From Mobula hypostoma (Eukaryota): a stretch of 64,000 nt of DNA. The DNA lies in the NCBI RefSeq assembly GCF_963921235.1, contig NC_086106.1:20212001-20276000 (forward strand). The letters are read 5' to 3'. The notes under the pieces were generated by a model, which saw nothing but the letters and a program-made list of their open reading frames with translations, was not told the origin of the DNA and did not search any database. The translations under genes and the position numbers were made by a program. Positions within the stretch are counted from its first letter, which is position 1. Each line of letters starts with the position of its first letter. Shown piece by piece: positions 48,087-59,978 of the stretch.

Positions 48087-49117
48087 CACAGTGTGTGAGA
48101 GGTTGACAAAAACCATTGTCAGAGGTGAGCAACAAACTACAAACTCCTATAAATGGGCAGCACATGCAAAATGCTGGAGGAACTCAGCCGGCCAGGCAGC
48201 ATCTATGGAAGAGAGTACAGTCGACGTTTCTGGCCGAAATCCAAATGAGCAACAACTCTCAAAATAATTTTTCGGACAAACACACAACCAGTGGTTATCA
48301 ATTTGGGATTGGATTCAAGAAAAATACCTCCTCTGCCAGAGTTATGTACTTTTGGAATTCTGTCCGCTGAACGGCTGTAGAGGCTGAATCTTTGATCATA
48401 TTTATAAGCGTGGATTATATTTTAGAAAAAAATCTAGGGGTAGTGGGAAAGGTAGGAAGATGATTTCAACGATCTTATTAAATAGCAGAACAGATAATAA
48501 GGAACTTCGACCCAACACGTCTATGCCAACCACGATGTATTTATTTTCATATCCTATTTGCATTCGCTTTTTGCTTTAACCAAACCCCACCCCGCAAACG
48601 TTTCCCAACCAAGTACTTGTCGAAGTGATCTTTAGACACCATAATTATGCTGCCTCTATCATTTCCTCTGACAGCCTATTCCATATACTGAGCCCCTCAT
48701 CTTCCTTTTAAGGGTCCCTTTCCCCTTTTAACCAATGCCTTTGTATTCAGACTCAATGACCCTGAGGGAAAGACTGGAACTATCTATCCCATTCATGACT
48801 GTAAAGGTTACTACATAGTCTGTTCCACTCCAAAGAAGAGTCAAAGCCTGAGTCTAAGTCTAAATAAATAATCTCTATTTATTTAGAGATCGTTGCTCCT
48901 CAGTCGTTAAGTCGATTCTCTGGGAGAACTCCAAACTCCGACGACCTAACTTCTACGCCACTGTGACGCCATTTTAACTGGAGTCAATAGTTCAAATCCA
49001 ATTCAACCTTATAGCTCAAGCTTTCAAACATTCAAATTGGCGCACAGCAGTTTTGGTGAAACTTGCTGTAATTATTCCGACATGACACAAACCAAATGCA
49101 AACAATTGCAAACTTAC

Positions 49118-49174
49118 TCGGAATAACAGACAGCTTTGTTCCAGATCCAAATGTGAGGGTGTAACCGTCATTCG
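49118..49174 (-). CDS. TRAJ: TCR alpha J segment, canonical
   Basis: NDGYTLTFGSGTKLSVIP; RSS cacagtg 49175-49181 / 12 / tcaaaaact; donor GTAAGT. Confidence 0.94.
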
Positions 49175-49384
49175 CACAGTGGCAACATGGCGCTCAAAAA
49201 CTCCTGGGCAACTGTATGAAATGTTATGTGTTTTGTAACCGAGATAATTTAAACCCTGCTTCTTTCTCCACAGGCTCTACCCGGTATGTGGAACATTTTC
49301 AGAACTTTTTGCCTCTATTACATAATTAGTGAAGGTTCCCCCAGCTCACTGTTCTTACTTGTTACAACATTTTACCATCTACTT

Positions 49385-49570
49385 CCTAAGGTTCGCAGGC
49401 ACAGAACCAATTAACCTATTAATCCTCATCACCTAATAATACATCAGGGAACAGCAGGAATCCCACTCCGTCATAAGGAGAAGTTATAAACTCCATAAAG
49501 ACAGCACCAGAGGTCAGGATAGAACCCGGGTCTCTGGAGCTGTGAAACGAGAGCTCTAGCAGCGGCACTG
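49385..49570 (-). mobile_element. tRNA-derived SINE (HE1-like shark/ray family, family assignment uncertain)
   Basis: Minus strand CACAGCTCCAGAGACCCGGGTTCTATCCTGACCTC contains a Pol III B-box-like GGTTCTATCC (49517-49526). Confidence 0.75.
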
Positions 49571-49882
49571 ATGACTAGACGTCATTCTGATGCATATTTA
49601 TCAACGTTTCACTGTTGCATTCTTTCAGTACACCATCAAATGCTGAAACAATAGAAATATAGCAACGGTGTAAACTCAATCTATTAACCAAAATCGTTTG
49701 CCTACCGCTGGGTTGAATTTCATGGGTTGCATTATGGTGGGTAAATCCACCATATATCGACAAATTTAAAGACCTTTCCTTGCATTCTATCTTTGGAATC
49801 TTTTATTGCATCGTCCCTAAGAAAATGATCGTCGTCATCTCTATAGAAACTCCCCAGTTATATCAAAGTAATCAATACTCAC

Positions 49883-49946
49883 TTGGAATTACAGTGAGCT
49901 TGGTCCCAGCTGCAAATATAAGCTGAAAGCCAGATCCATCATATCC
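49883..49946 (-). other. TRAJ: TRAJ, probably functional, with FAAG motif and perfect RSS
   Basis: GYDGSGFQLIFAAGTKLTVIP; RSS cacagtg 49947-49953 / 12 / acaaaaacc; donor GTGAGT. Confidence 0.9.
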
Positions 49947-50957
49947 CACAGTGAGAAGGTAATGTACAAAAACCATTCCCTTTGCACCCGAGCATCCATC
50001 ATGATAAATGCTCTCCAACATTACATTCGGGGTGTTGCTAAATAATACTAACTGCCTTAATCACATTATTAAGAGAACACTGTTAAGTTATCACTTTACC
50101 ACTTTTCGTTTACTTCACTGGACATATCCCACAGGAAGACACAGTGTAATTCAGTAAGAGCGAAAGACTTTGAACAAAATTTGCTTCCAAAGGCTAGCAT
50201 CGGAAATAATTAGCCAGCTCTTGCGAAGCCTTAAGGAAATCCCTGTGCTGATTGATAAGAGACTTGTCGTTTAAGCGGCATTGATAGACTAAAGTTATTA
50301 ATGATATATTAATAAGACGCATTCAGGCTGTATTTTAGATTACTTTGCTCTGTGAAACATTAATATGAAATAATGTTTAAGCTTTATTATGGGAATATTG
50401 TCGTTTGTGTTATATCACCAAGAGACGTATTTTGCGCTATTGCATGAGAATTTTGTTTTGCATAATGTTATTAACAACGACATACTGTTTAAGCTGTGTT
50501 GTTGGAATGCTATCCTTTCGTGGAGATTTCGTAAGGGATCTTTGTTTAAGCTACTTTGCTTTTTTTGTTAGACGTATTAATTAATGGGGAATTGTTTAAT
50601 GCCCTTTGTGATTTTAATGACATAAGATCAGCAAATGCCTCTTTCAAATTGAAGGAAATAGGAGAGAAAATAACAGTTACAAGAGCTTGCCTCAATGTTG
50701 AGAAAGCGTTAGCTCGATTTATGTAAAACCTTTCATGATAAAACAAACACATCAGACTGCTCTCAAATAATTTGATTATTTTTCATGGAAAAATCCAGCA
50801 GATCAGGCAGATACTGTGGAAATAGAAACTGACCTACAATGTTGTCTTCAATTCCATTTACACGGGTGCTGCCTTTCCTGCTGAGCATCACCACTTATTT
50901 CTTAAAATTCGGACTGAGAAGAATCTGATGAACTCGTCAACATGCTGAACTACTTAC

Positions 50958-51020
50958 TCGGTTCGATGATCAATCGAGTTCCACCTCCAAATATCAGTTG
51001 ACCTGTTGCTCCTGTATACA
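50958..51020 (-). CDS. TRAJ: TCR alpha J segment, canonical
   Basis: YTGATGQLIFGGGTRLIIEP; RSS cacagtg 51021-51027 / 12 / acaaaaact; donor GTAAGT. Confidence 0.94.
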
Positions 51021-51434
51021 CACAGTGTCTAACTCCGCCACAAAAACTTGTTCAATGAATATTTACGTACTCATGATGACCTTCTGATCGGTAAACTATA
51101 GGGGCAACATTTTAACACAATTGTTTCTCAATTCTTCTCTGTTCTGGCACTTCATTTCTTTTCTAAACCGTCATTAATTTTCAAAGGATCCACCTTCGAT
51201 TCCTTCCGTGAAGACACATTACTCCTACAACATCTTACCCAGTGACGGGAACATTTCCAGACAATGCTAACTCAGTTTGCCACTGTCTACTTTCCAACCA
51301 GGCAGCCTGTCAAAGTCCACTGACTCCCCATACTTACCTTTTGCCTTTGAGTAACAGATTTCTTAAATTTCTGAAATTAGTTTAGGGATTTGGAGAGACA
51401 ACAGGGAACGTCCTAGGAAGATGATCTTTCACTG

Positions 51435-51720
51435 GAGCAGTAACGCAGGTAGCAAAAGTTGCTGGAACGGAGACAAGGGATCAGTCTACCCTTGGGGTGC
51501 CTTATGTGTGGAGTTTGCTGTTTCTCCCTGTGATTGCCTGACTAACTGACGGCGATACTCTTTATCCCCAGAGCCTTAGGCGAATTACCACTGCAAATTG
51601 CTCCCAGTTTGCAGGAAAATGCAAGAAAGAAAGGAGAATAAAATAATGTAGCAATGTAGGATTGATATGAATGGTCTGCACGAACTCAGCAGGCTGAAGG
51701 ATCGATTTTTGTGCTGCACC
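51435..51720 (+). mobile_element. Decayed tRNA-derived SINE
   Basis: ggtgccttatgtgtggagtttgctgtttctccctgtga matches the SINE body seen in other copies. Confidence 0.65.
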
Positions 51721-52034
51721 TCGTTAGAACTCACTGATTCTATTTCGCCTGTGTTAAAAAAAAATGTCTTTGACCTGAAACGTTGGCATCATGCCTCCCT
51801 CCAAAGCTACTGGTACACCTACTGAATTATTACATTTAATATTTTCAGTGTATGGAACAGAGCTCAAGCTGAGTAACGCAGTTCATCCATATTCCCAGAC
51901 GTTGGTCTGATAAAAATTATTATGGTGTTTATATCTGGTTTGAAATTATTTTTACGAAATTCTAAACAAGGAGCTCAACAGGATTACTAGATGGTTTCCA
52001 GTATAAGTCTCCACAAAATATGCACCTTGCTTAT

Positions 52035-52097
52035 AGAGTACTAAGGGCAATCTAGTCCCGCTTCCAGATATGAGGGGACACTTTTTCCCTATACTCC
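52035..52097 (-). pseudogene. TRAJ: TRAJ pseudogene (SGSG motif, donor AT, heptamer AAC)
   Basis: ...LISGSGTRLPLVL; heptamer aacaatg 52098-52104 / ttcaacaccgtc / acaaatctt; donor ATAAGC. Confidence 0.7.
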
Positions 52098-52465
52098 AAC
52101 AATGTTCAACACCGTCACAAATCTTCCCCTGTCAACAGTTGCTTACTATTGCTACCTGCTGAATGCAAGCAAACTTCCAGACAAATAGAATTTTACTTTA
52201 TCTTTAGTTATCTCTTGCGCTCTTCTTCGTATATCTTGGGATTTTTACATCTTGGGATTTTCAATTGTTCTCATTTCCCTCTCTGTCACTACTCAGGGTT
52301 CAGCCCAATCGATATTGCAACGGAGAAACCCACTCCTAGTACCCCTTACAAATGCATTGCGGGAATATATTCAGATATTTGTCTGGAGAATATATTTGGT
52401 CCATTTTTCTAACATGTAAAACCCAAAGAGTTTAATGCAGATGAATTTCCTTTCGAAATTCTTAC

Positions 52466-52525
52466 TTGGTATGACTGTCAGGTTCGTTCCTGATTTCAAC
52501 GCTAGGTAGTCAATACTGGAATTCT
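52466..52525 (-). pseudogene. TRAJ: TRAJ pseudogene/ORF (LKSG motif, heptamer CAT)
   Basis: NSSIDYLALKSGTNLTVIP; heptamer catagta 52526-52532 / 12 / accaaagcc; donor GTAAGA. Confidence 0.78.
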
Positions 52526-52956
52526 CATAGTACTATTCACCAGTACCAAAGCCATTTTGGGGCTGTTCTGGTCCGGAGAAAAGAGACTCAGCTCTATATA
52601 ATTCTCACTCCATCCTTCCATTTGGAGAACGCGTGAATATAGAAAAGGATTATCTTCCTGTTGTTATGGATGAGTTACACCACACAGAGAGAAAACTACG
52701 CAGAAAGATTAGAGTCAACAAATGGATCATTAAACTGAGGCATTTACACTCTCCTTCTTCCCCCTCCTTCACATTCTCCATCGAGGCTGGCTGACCTGGT
52801 GAATATTTTCTAACTTCACATTTTTATTTCTTTTTTTTCTCCCCCAGTATCTTGAAATTTAGATGAGTGTGGTTTTTTGACCATTCAACCTTTCTAGTTT
52901 CCATTTTTTTTTGATAATCCAGGCATAAGATCTAGAGAATGTTCAGGATTACTTAC

Positions 52957-53022
52957 TAGGAATCACGGTTAATCTGGTTCCTGGTCCGAATGTTAACTTC
53001 CTATCGCCTCCACTATTATTCG
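52957..53022 (-). CDS. TRAJ: TCR alpha J segment, canonical
   Basis: NNSGGDRKLTFGPGTRLTVIP; RSS cacagtg 53023-53029 / 12 / gcaaaaacg; donor GTAAGT. Confidence 0.94.
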
Positions 53023-54139
53023 CACAGTGGCAATCAGCAGTGCAAAAACGCCAGAGTCTAATTTAGTGCAGGCGTGAACCTGTCGCCTCCGTCCTCAATC
53101 TGGTTATTTTCGTTTCTTTTAAGGAGCGCAGGAACACACGAAAATAGGATCGGGAATAGGAAACCAGTTCCTCTCAAACCTGGTCAGCCTTCTAACATGG
53201 CAATAGCTGATCAGTGCTGGTTGTTTGCTCATCAAATATTTGTCATCTCCGTCTTTAATACTTATAATGTTCTGGATTTCAGAGTCCTAATTCTAGCGAT
53301 TCCATACCCTCGGAGAGGTTTTACAGATCTCAGTTTTAAATGGTTTCCGCCTTTAAAATGTAACTACATTTCTTTGTCCATTAATCTCCCACAAACAGCA
53401 GATACCTCCATCCTTATTCCTCTAACCTCTAAGAAATACAAACCGACCTACCCGGCCTCTCTTGGTATGCAAGACACCTTTATCGCAGGGTTCTTTTAAC
53501 ATGGAAATATTCCATTTATTATTACATCCCAGAGTTTCTTGTCATGATACTTATGCCTCATTCTACACAACTCACAGATGAAAACCTGGCAACAATTGAG
53601 AATAAAAAAAAAATCTGCGTAACGAGATCCATTTCTATTTGACAGGACTTTGACAGGTTTTCGCAAATCAGTTTTATCATGTATTGCTATAAGCTCAAGC
53701 TACATTATTAAATTAATTGCAAGTACTTCTTTGCATATGATTATCATTTGACGTGAGTCAACAAGTGTTCTGTAAGATTACGTTATTTCATTGGGAATGA
53801 GAAGGAAACAGCTGGCATTTGCATCACATGTGGGACAGCATCATTTTCCAATAAACTATAACCTTATTACAAGATCCAAGAAGCAACTCCTTACAGTTAT
53901 CAATAAAATATGTTTTGCAGTGTGTATTGATCGCTCAGATGGATAACAGACAGCCAACAATAATTGATATATTATTGTTTATAATACCAGATGTTCTTTC
54001 CATAACACATTATAGTTGGTTCTAAATGTAAGGTTCAGGTTAGGTTAATAATTCGTTAAAACTATATTCATTAAATATTAAGACTCGAGCAACTGGTGTT
54101 AGCTGATAGCTGAGCCCACCATCGTATTGTTCTACTTAC

Positions 54140-54202
54140 TGGGTTCGATAGTGAGTTTGGTCCTACCTCCAAATATGAGAGTATTTGATCCTAGAGTATT
54201 CA
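54140..54202 (-). other. TRAJ: TRAJ open reading frame with atypical FGGR motif
   Basis: NTLGSNTLIFGGRTKLTIEP; RSS cacaacg 54203-54209 / 12 / gcaagaact; donor GTAAGT. Confidence 0.85.
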
Positions 54203-54529
54203 CACAACGCTTAATCCCGTCGCAAGAACTTCGCTGACCACAGTTACTCAGTTATCCTGAAATCTCATGTAGCTCCAAGGGTCAAAGCAGGGTATAAAAT
54301 AGGAATGAATCTTGCTTCTCCTTCCTCACACACCCTACATTCCCGGAACAGCATTTCCCTTGTTCTCGTTACCATATGAGGCATAAAAGTATTTTCTTCG
54401 ATGCGCATTCCTAAATATTACGAATTACTCAGTTATATAGCGTATTTATGGAAAAGTGGTAAACAGATCCACAAATTAAACATAGAGAGAAAAAGTTGCT
54501 GGAGAATTTCTGTTTGCAAAAACACTAAC

Positions 54530-54589
54530 TGGGTGTCATTGTTAGTCTTGTTCCCTGGTCGAATGTTATTTTATCATTGCCATAACACA
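54530..54589 (-). other. TRAJ: TRAJ open reading frame with atypical FDQG motif and weak signals
   Basis: CYGNDKITFDQGTRLTMTP; RSS cacagaa 54590-54596 / 12 / acacaaact; donor GTTAGT. Confidence 0.82.
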
Positions 54590-55099
54590 CACAGAACAAA
54601 CAAGGAATACACAAACTCGGGGGGCTCTTTTGAATCTGGGTATAACACAATAGTTCTTCAACGTTCTGATTCTGAACTCTTTTTGACTGGAAACATCAGT
54701 TTTTCAATGACCTACAGCCAAATATATCACATGAAACCACACAGGTTACAATGCGTTTGTAAACTCTTACTGCACACTCCCAAATAATCAGCTTTCTTCG
54801 AACAATACAGAAACTTCAATTGAAGTTTGGTCAAGGAGACGTCTCCAGTGAATTGTTTTCGTACTCGAAGTGCTTTAGTCCACTTAACAATACGTACATG
54901 ATCTAATATGAGTTCAAGCTATTTTGACAACTATCCTTATAATTTGTTACCTTGTGGTTACCTACAGATTATCTATTTATATAACTTTTCATAAAGTGAT
55001 CAGGAGCTTCAAAGGTCTCTTTGTAAATCAAGTATTAAGGTGAGCTTAATGCTTTAAACATCCAGACACCAAATCATAAAGTTTGCTAATTCCCTTCAG

Positions 55100-55431
55100 C
55101 GTTAGTCAGGAATAAGGTAAACAGGGATATGAAGGGAGGGGGAGGGAGGGGTGGATCGAGCGAAAGAGAGCCAAGGAGAAAGACGGAGAGACAGCCAGAG
55201 ATAGAGAGAGGGAGGGTGAGAAAAAGAGATGTTGGGTGAAAGCAAGCGACTGAGTGAGACAGGCAGGGACGAGCACTGGGAGGGAGAGAAGCAACGACAG
55301 ATACTGGGAGTTTCGAGACAGAAAGAGTGAAAGGGGAGGAAAAGAGATGCAGCGTATGGTGGTGGAGGAGATATAGAGATGGACAACGATAATCACATAG
55401 ATAATTAGATAGATAGAAAAGGACAAAAATT
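55100..55431. repeat. Purine-rich low-complexity tract (decayed GA repeat)
   Basis: Direct reading; paralogous tract at about 58690-58960. Confidence 0.8.
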
Positions 55432-55565
55432 NNNNNNNNNNNNNNNNNNNNNNNNNNNNNNNNNNNNNNNNNNNNNNNNNNNNNNNNNNNNNNNNNNNNN
55501 NNNNNNNNNNNNNNNNNNNNNNNNNNNNNNNNNNNNNNNNNNNNNNNNNNNNNNNNNNNNNNNNN
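55432..55565. other. Assembly gap (134 N)
   Basis: Run of N. Confidence 1.
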
Positions 55566-55700
55566 AGTTGCAGTTGTTTTGATCCTTCGGTTGTTATGAT
55601 TTTTCTCATTTTTGACAGACTATTTGGAAAATTGGGAACCAGTTCCAGAAATTCGAGACAACAACTTGATTATTGCAGATATGCAGTTTGATACACTTAC

Positions 55701-55766
55701 TGGGGCCCACATTTAACTTAGTTCCTGGTCCGAATGTTAACTTTCCAGCTGCTGAATCAGTGTACA
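55701..55766 (-). CDS. TRAJ: TCR alpha J segment, canonical
   Basis: YTDSAAGKLTFGPGTKLNVGP; RSS cacagta 55767-55773 / 12 / acaaaaata; donor GTAAGT. Confidence 0.93.
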
Positions 55767-56496
55767 CACAGTACTAACTACAAATACAAAAATACTCGTA
55801 TCCGTATTGCTCCCGCGAATATCTGCAGAACATTCACTAGCCACTTCCCAGTGGCACTTTTGAGACTACTTTGGAGATATGTTCCCTAGCCTTTCGATTA
55901 TCATGTCAGGCCACATGCTTCGATCAAAATTATAGTAAATACCACGACTGCAATAATAAATGCCTGGCTTCCTCTCAAATTCACTTTACCGGAGGTCACC
56001 CTGCAGAACTCGCAACCGAACAGTTTCTCAACTTATTAACAACGAACAATATGGAAGAAGATGTCTCTCTAACTCTTGATTCTGATCCTGCTTTCCTGCT
56101 TCAGAAAATCTGTCCTTTCAAATGAACAATCACGCCACTGACAAAATTTCAAATTAGTTATTGAAACTGTAGATTTAGATTGATCCAAGAACATTCTCAA
56201 CGAAAGATTTCTCCTAATGTGGATCAATATTATTTTCTTTCAAAGGCTATCTACTTACATGTACAAACAATGAATCCCCTGAACTATATCTTGAAGTGAT
56301 CAGTAAAAGGCAATGATTAAATAAAATATCGACGCTCACTTGCCCATATATCCTTCCAGCTGAAAATGATTGTTGGCTCTCTAGGTAAAATTGGGTATGC
56401 AGTAATAATACTTTATTAAACCAGATAAACTAGATTTTGGGACTGGAGTAACTGTTGTTTACTGATGACCGAACACCAAAATACTTTCCTACTTAC

Positions 56497-56559
56497 TTGG
56501 TTCTACGGTCAATTTCGTCCCACCACCAAATATGAGAGGAGTTGCTCCCATATCATTCA
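56497..56559 (-). CDS. TRAJ: TCR alpha J segment, canonical frame, heptamer CACAACG
   Basis: NDMGATPLIFGGGTKLTVEP; RSS cacaacg 56560-56566 / 12 / acaaaaaca; donor GTAAGT. Confidence 0.92.
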
Positions 56560-56983
56560 CACAACGCTTAACTCCGTCACAAAAACATTTCCAGTCATCT
56601 CAGAGTTATACTTTTACCTCATGCAGTAATCCAAACAGGAAATAAGTCATGAAATATAACACTAACTTCATTCCCTTCTGACCTGTTTGTGTTCCATATC
56701 ATGATCATTTCCTCTAGAATTCCTTCTTTCCCCTCCAGGAACAAGATTCAACCGAGTCTGAATTTTAACAGGCATCAGCTTTATCAGCCTCTAGTTTATA
56801 CGAATAACTCCAGGTGCCATGTTCCCGTTACAAATTACAGCCGAAGGAAGTTATTCCATTGCAAATATCTGTGAATATTACGCATTACCCCGTTTTACAG
56901 CACATTACTGAAAATCTGGCGACCGCATCCACAAACGATTGAAAAAGAGAAGAATAGGATAGATTTCTGTTTGAAGCACTTAC

Positions 56984-57043
56984 TAGGCGTTACTGTTAAC
57001 TTCGTTCCTGAGCCGAATGTAAGTGTGTCTAACCCGGATTTCA
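56984..57043 (-). CDS. TRAJ: TCR alpha J segment, canonical
   Basis: KSGLDTLTFGSGTKLTVTP; RSS cacagtg 57044-57050 / 12 / acaaaaaca; donor GTAAGT. Confidence 0.94.
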
Positions 57044-57864
57044 CACAGTGCCAGTCACCAGTACAAAAACACTTCGGTGTTATTTTGATCCTTGGAATAA
57101 TCAGAAGATGGCTTCCTGGCAGATGAGGTAACTTGACGTTAAATTGACTTCTGGGCGTTTGAGAAATAATGCCCAGAGTTTGCTCCCTCTGCCTAAAGAC
57201 AAGCTTCAGGAATAATGTAATACTACTTTTTTAAATTCTGTAAGTTAGGTTGGGAGCCTGATATCCGCATGTTGGTGCCAATAGTACTAATGAATTTGTT
57301 GCAAAACTCTAGTTCAGGATCATGGAGTCACGCAGCACGGAAAAGGGATTTGCGGGTCACAGAGTCCATCACGCATTTGCACTAAATTTACATAAATCCC
57401 ACAGTATTTTCCTTATATCCCATCAACACATAAATAAGTAGATAGATAGAAGCAGACAGACAGTTAGGTAGACAGAGAGAGAGAGAGAGAGTTGGTGGGA
57501 GGGAGAGAGACAGTAAAGGAGTCAAGGAAATTCTCATTGACTTGTTAGGATGTGACATCTCTTTCTGCTAGAAAGATGCTGTCTACCTGTACAGATTTTT
57601 GTGCACTAAAGACTGCAGTTCATTTGACATTTCCACTGCTCTGTATTTCCTGAATTTTGACAGGATGTTGGAAAGATTGATAGCCAGTTCTACAAATGAG
57701 AGCCAACATTTTTTTTTCAAAACTACTGTTTGAAAATTATTGTTTTCTGCCAGAGTAGACTTTAGTTATGTTATAATACACTGCACTACTCCACACAAAT
57801 TAGATATTAGTACTGGATGAAGTGGTTGTTGATGGCTGAACCGTTAATGTGATGAGCTACTTAC

Positions 57865-57927
57865 TTGGATCCACGGCCAGTTTGGACTCATCGCTAAAAA
57901 TGAGAGGAATTGTATCCATGCCTTTCA
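57865..57927 (-). pseudogene. TRAJ: TRAJ pseudogene/ORF (FSDE motif, heptamer CAT)
   Basis: KGMDTIPLIFSDESKLAVDP; heptamer cataatg 57928-57934 / 12 / acaaaaata; donor GTAAGT; paralog of 56497 and 59979. Confidence 0.83.
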
Positions 57928-58384
57928 CATAATGCTTAACCTCGTCACAAAAATATTTCCAGTCATCAGTTACACAGTTATCCATTTTCTTTGTGTAGTC
58001 TAACTGGAGAGGAACCAAGTCATGACACTCGACTGCAATCTTATTACAATTACCTTGCTTCGGGTACGTTTTGGTATCTTCCCTTCTCTTTTTCATCCCC
58101 TTCACTCTCAGTTCCTGGGAAAGGATTATCCCCTATCCGTATTTTAACATTACATCTCATTGCAATGCATCTGTATGTCTGATTACTGTCACATCTCTCA
58201 AATACTTCTGGATGATATAAATTATAATGGGATCTATGCTTCTCTAATCCTTTGCATCTGACTCATATTATTTCTTTGAAGATAATTGTGAAGAAAACGA
58301 ATTGTTCAATTTTGTACCAAGCTTATGGTAACAACCAAAATACAAAGGCAAGAATTTTGATAAATTTCCATTTGAAACACTTCC

Positions 58385-58444
58385 TAGGAGATATTGCTAA
58401 CCTCTTTCATGGGCCGAAAGTTACCTTAACGTTAATAACATCTG
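58385..58444 (-). pseudogene. TRAJ: TRAJ pseudogene (stop, donor GG, heptamer GAC)
   Basis: DVINVKVTFGP*KRLAISP; heptamer gacagta 58445-58451; donor GGAAGT. Confidence 0.8.
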
Positions 58445-59153
58445 GACAGTACAAACCGCTGGCACAACGCACGTCAGGGCTATATGGATTTTGTAAGAGA
58501 TCCGACTATTTTGAGAATGAAGTCTCTTTGTAATTTGCTTGTGAATATCTTCAGAATTTATATAATTTCCTGATTCCAAATATTGTTGTCTGAAATGTTT
58601 CAGAATGCGAGTAAGGACTTTCAAGACATGAAATATCGTGACATACTTATTGTGTAGATTGGCGTAATCGCTGCTTCTGTTTAAAGACAAACTAGGAATA
58701 AGGTCGTACGGGAGAAAGAGAGAAACGCAAGACGTAAAGACAAACAGAGAGAGAAGGAAACGGAGAGAATAAATGAGTGCAGCAGATTTGAGATAGATAG
58801 AAAGATGAAGATAGGTAGGTACAGAGACACATAGATAAAGGGAGAGAACAAGGCAACAACTGAGACAAACGGAGGAGAACGAAGGGGTGAAGAGACGGGA
58901 GACAAGAAGAAGAACAGAAGTTAAGAAGGAGAGAAAGAAAGGCAGAAACGATTATACAGAGAAAGCCAAAATCATTGCAAGGCCCGTTGATGGTACCTTT
59001 CATTTCCAGAATTTATTGATTCTGTTTCAGATTTCTCGCATTTGCAGATCATTTGACCTTTTCTGTGTTATGCCTGATTTAAGTTTCGACAGATTATTTA
59101 GAAGATTAGAAACCATTTGTGCAAATTGGAGCCAACAAATTTGAAACACTTAC

Positions 59154-59220
59154 TGGGAGCCACGAATAACCTGGTTCCTGGTCTGAATATTATCTTTCCA
59201 GCAACTGAACTCAGTGTATA
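59154..59220 (-). pseudogene. TRAJ: TRAJ pseudogene/ORF (FRPG motif, heptamer CAT)
   Basis: YTLSSVAGKIIFRPGTRLFVAP; heptamer catagtg 59221-59227 / 12 / acaaaaaag; donor GTAAGT; paralog of 55701. Confidence 0.85.
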
Positions 59221-59978
59221 CATAGTGGTAACTAGCAGTACAAAAAAGATTACACTCTGCATTGCTCGAGGAAAGATCTGCAGAACATTTACTAGCCATT
59301 CCCCAATGGTTTTTTTGTGACCACTTTGCAAATCTGTTTCCCAGCCTTTCAATTATCACGTCAGCCTACATCCCCTATTCAAAATTAGATTAAATACCAC
59401 GATTGTCATAGTAAATTCTCTCTTCCTCTCCAAATCACCTTACCGGAATTCATTCTGTAGAAGCCGCAATTGAACAGTTTCTCGACTTAATTACAACGAA
59501 CAATATGGATCAATATGTATCTCTAACATCAGACTGAGATCCTGCTTTTCTTAAGCATCTTTAAGAAACCAGTCCTTTGAAATTAGGAATGCCTCCTCTA
59601 ACAAAATTTTAGACTAGATTTACCAAAAAATATAATATTGAAACTGAACTTTTAGATTAATACAAGTACTTTTTTAACAGAAGACTTCTCTAGATGTGGA
59701 TCACAATTATTTTGTTTAATTTAGTTTCAACAGAGTTCCATACATTTATAACTAAATAATGCCCTAAAATATATCTTGACTGTTGAAGAGAGCAGTAGAA
59801 GGCCATGAATTAGCAAGATATCGTCGCTTCCATGTCCGGCTTTCGTTCCAGCAGAAAAGGATACTAGGTCTCTAGGTATGAAGTACTAATACTTCACTAA
59901 ACCAGATAGACTTAATATTGGGACTGGACTAACTGCTGATTGCTGATGACTGGACCACCAGAATACTTTCCTACTTAC

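Larger units (their letters stand above)
43020..48830. repeat. Tandem duplication of a three-J block: about 43020-46160 versus 46450-48830
   Basis: J pairs 43040/46466, 44400/47686 and 44757/48025 with colinear flanks. Confidence 0.9.

Noticed and set aside
48859-48887. Perfect 12-bp inverted repeat tctaaataaata-atctc-tatttatttaga
   Set aside because: Short, very AT-rich and single copy, with no transposon context; likely chance.
51327-51390. Strong donor-like acttac with no J behind it
   Set aside because: No FG motif, no RSS and no homology to any J family.
55106-55609. ORFs spanning the N gaps (55106-55609 and 42627-43025)
   Set aside because: Artefacts of N runs and low-complexity purine tracts. 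The gaps could still hide additional Js.
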